A stretch of 64,000 nucleotides of DNA from Polyangiales bacterium (lineage in GTDB: Bacteria; Myxococcota_A; Polyangia; Polyangiales; JADJQN01). The DNA lies in assembly GCA_964202905.1 (NCBI GenBank), contig CAXNJO010000001.1, positions 96,001 through 160,000 on the forward strand, in the 5' to 3' direction. A program made the position numbers and the translations under genes. Below are positions 62,932 to 64,000 of this stretch, piece by piece (positions within the stretch are counted from its first letter, which is position 1; every line of letters begins with the position of its first letter). Under the pieces are notes generated by a model, which had not been told where the DNA came from, made no database searches, and saw only the letters and a list, made by a program, of their open reading frames with translations.

Positions 62932-64000
62932 ATGACACCGAACCTCTCGACATCCCGGACGCGCGGGCCCGTGCGCACGAGCACGGTGCTCTGCGCGCTG
63001 CTCGCGCTCGCGTGGTTGCGCGGCCGAGCGCGACCGCACGCGGCCCGCGGGGGGCGACGGCGGCGCGTCCGTCGATCTCGGCGCGTCGGTGGACTTCGGG
63101 CGGCCGGTGGACTTCGGGCGGCCGGTCGTGCCGGATCTCGGGCCGCCGCCCGTGTGCGAGGTGGCCGTCGCGACGGCCGCGCCGCTGCCCTCGACGCTGG
63201 CCTTCCTGCTCGACACGAGCGGCAGCATGAACTGCGACCGCACGGCGGCCTCGTGTGCGACGGGCGATCCGACGCCCGCGCCCGACGACTCGCGCTGGGA
63301 TGTGATGCGCCGCGAGCTCGACGCGGCGCTCGCGGGGCTGCCCGACGCGACGCGCGCGGGCCTCCTCCATTACCCGAAGACCTTCGGCTGCATCCGCACG
63401 AGCGACGCGCCGCTCGTGCCCGTCGACGTGCTGACGACGAACCGCGCGCGCATCACGGCGGCGACGGGCGGGCTCACGCCGATGGGCATCACGCCCACGC
63501 GCGACGGCGTGCAGGCCGCGCTCGCCGAGCTGCGCGCGCAGCCCGCGACCGAGCCGCGCTACCTCGTGCTCGCGACCGATGGCGCAGCGACGGTGTGTCT
63601 CGGCTGCGACGCGGCGTGCTCATTCGCCGAGCTCGATCGCGACAACGACGCGCTCGTCGAGGATGTGCGCGCGGCCGAGGCCGAGGGCATCGGCACCTTC
63701 GTCGTCGGCGTGCCGGGATCACAGAGCTACCGCGGCGTGCTCTCGCGCCTCGCGCGCGCCGGGGGCACCGCGCCCGCGGGCTGCTCGGACGCGGGGCCCG
63801 CGTACTGCCACGCCGACCTCACGGACGCGGCGACGGACTTCGCGGCGGGGCTGCGGGCGGCGCTCGCGGCGATCGGCGGCGCGATCGCGCGCTGCGACTA
63901 CACGATCCCGCCGAACCCGGACGGCACCTTCGACCCGGCGTCCGTGAACGTGGTGCTCTACGACGCGCGCGGCGCGGAGACGGGACGCCTCGCGCGCGAC
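62932..64000 (+). CDS. vWA-domain lipoprotein, runs off window; apparent frameshift at ~63013 in the signal peptide (absent from ORF track)
   Basis: Hand translation: MTPNL...VLCALLALA / GC..., FLLDTSGSM, TPTRDG, VLATDG, VVGVPGS, FDPASVNVV. Confidence 0.8.
   Translation, partial: MTPNLSTSRTRGPVRTSTVLCALLALAWLRGRARPHAARGGRRRRVRRSRRVGGLRAAGGLRAAGRAGSRAAARVRGGRRDGRAAALDAGLPARHERQHELRPHGGLVCDGRSDARARRLALGCDAPRARRGARGAARRDARGPPPLPEDLRLHPHERRAARARRRADDEPRAHHGGDGRAHADGHHAHARRRAGRARRAARAARDRAALPRARDRWRSDGVSRLRRGVLIRRARSRQRRARRGCARGRGRGHRHLRRRRAGITELPRRALAPRARRGHRARGLLGRGARVLPRRPHGRGDGLRGGAAGGARGDRRRDRALRLHDPAEPGRHLRPGVRERGALRRARRGDGTPRAR

Overview
Very GC-rich chromosomal DNA, most consistent with a myxobacterium of the Polyangia/Sandaracinaceae type. 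This is inferred from a MYXO-CTERM tail, an AgmX/PglI-type C-terminal domain, many MopE-like Cys/Asp repeats, PEGA-TPR and vWA lipoproteins. I can support about 44 genes. Housekeeping and metabolic genes include ctaA-like, YccA, ybaK, mpl, suhB-like, an OPT transporter, gyrB, tatBC, sixA, glutathione peroxidase, a tRNA methyltransferase and two sigma-54 activators. These are interspersed with uncharacterised cell-envelope clusters: (i) a translationally coupled pair of ~1,450-aa FecR-VIT-vWA-TPR paralogues followed by a TPR lipoprotein, a sensor-less chemoreceptor and tatBC; (ii) a three-lipoprotein operon with two paralogous PYTYSD(M/F)TG beta-propellers; (iii) a Gly-rich/vWA/MYXO-CTERM protein coupled to a non-catalytic FGE-fold lipoprotein; (iv) PEGA-TPR plus FG-GAP lipoprotein plus two enhancer-binding proteins. 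Near 58-60 kb two type II toxin-antitoxin modules lie back to back. The first is bracketed by two copies of the 3' end of a PLP decarboxylase gene, an integration-like scar with no integrase in the window. Five accessory genes carry frameshifts, often in homopolymers, and may reflect sequencing error. No rRNA, tRNA, CRISPR array, transposase or integrase was recognised. All domain calls come from motif recognition by eye, not from database searches.
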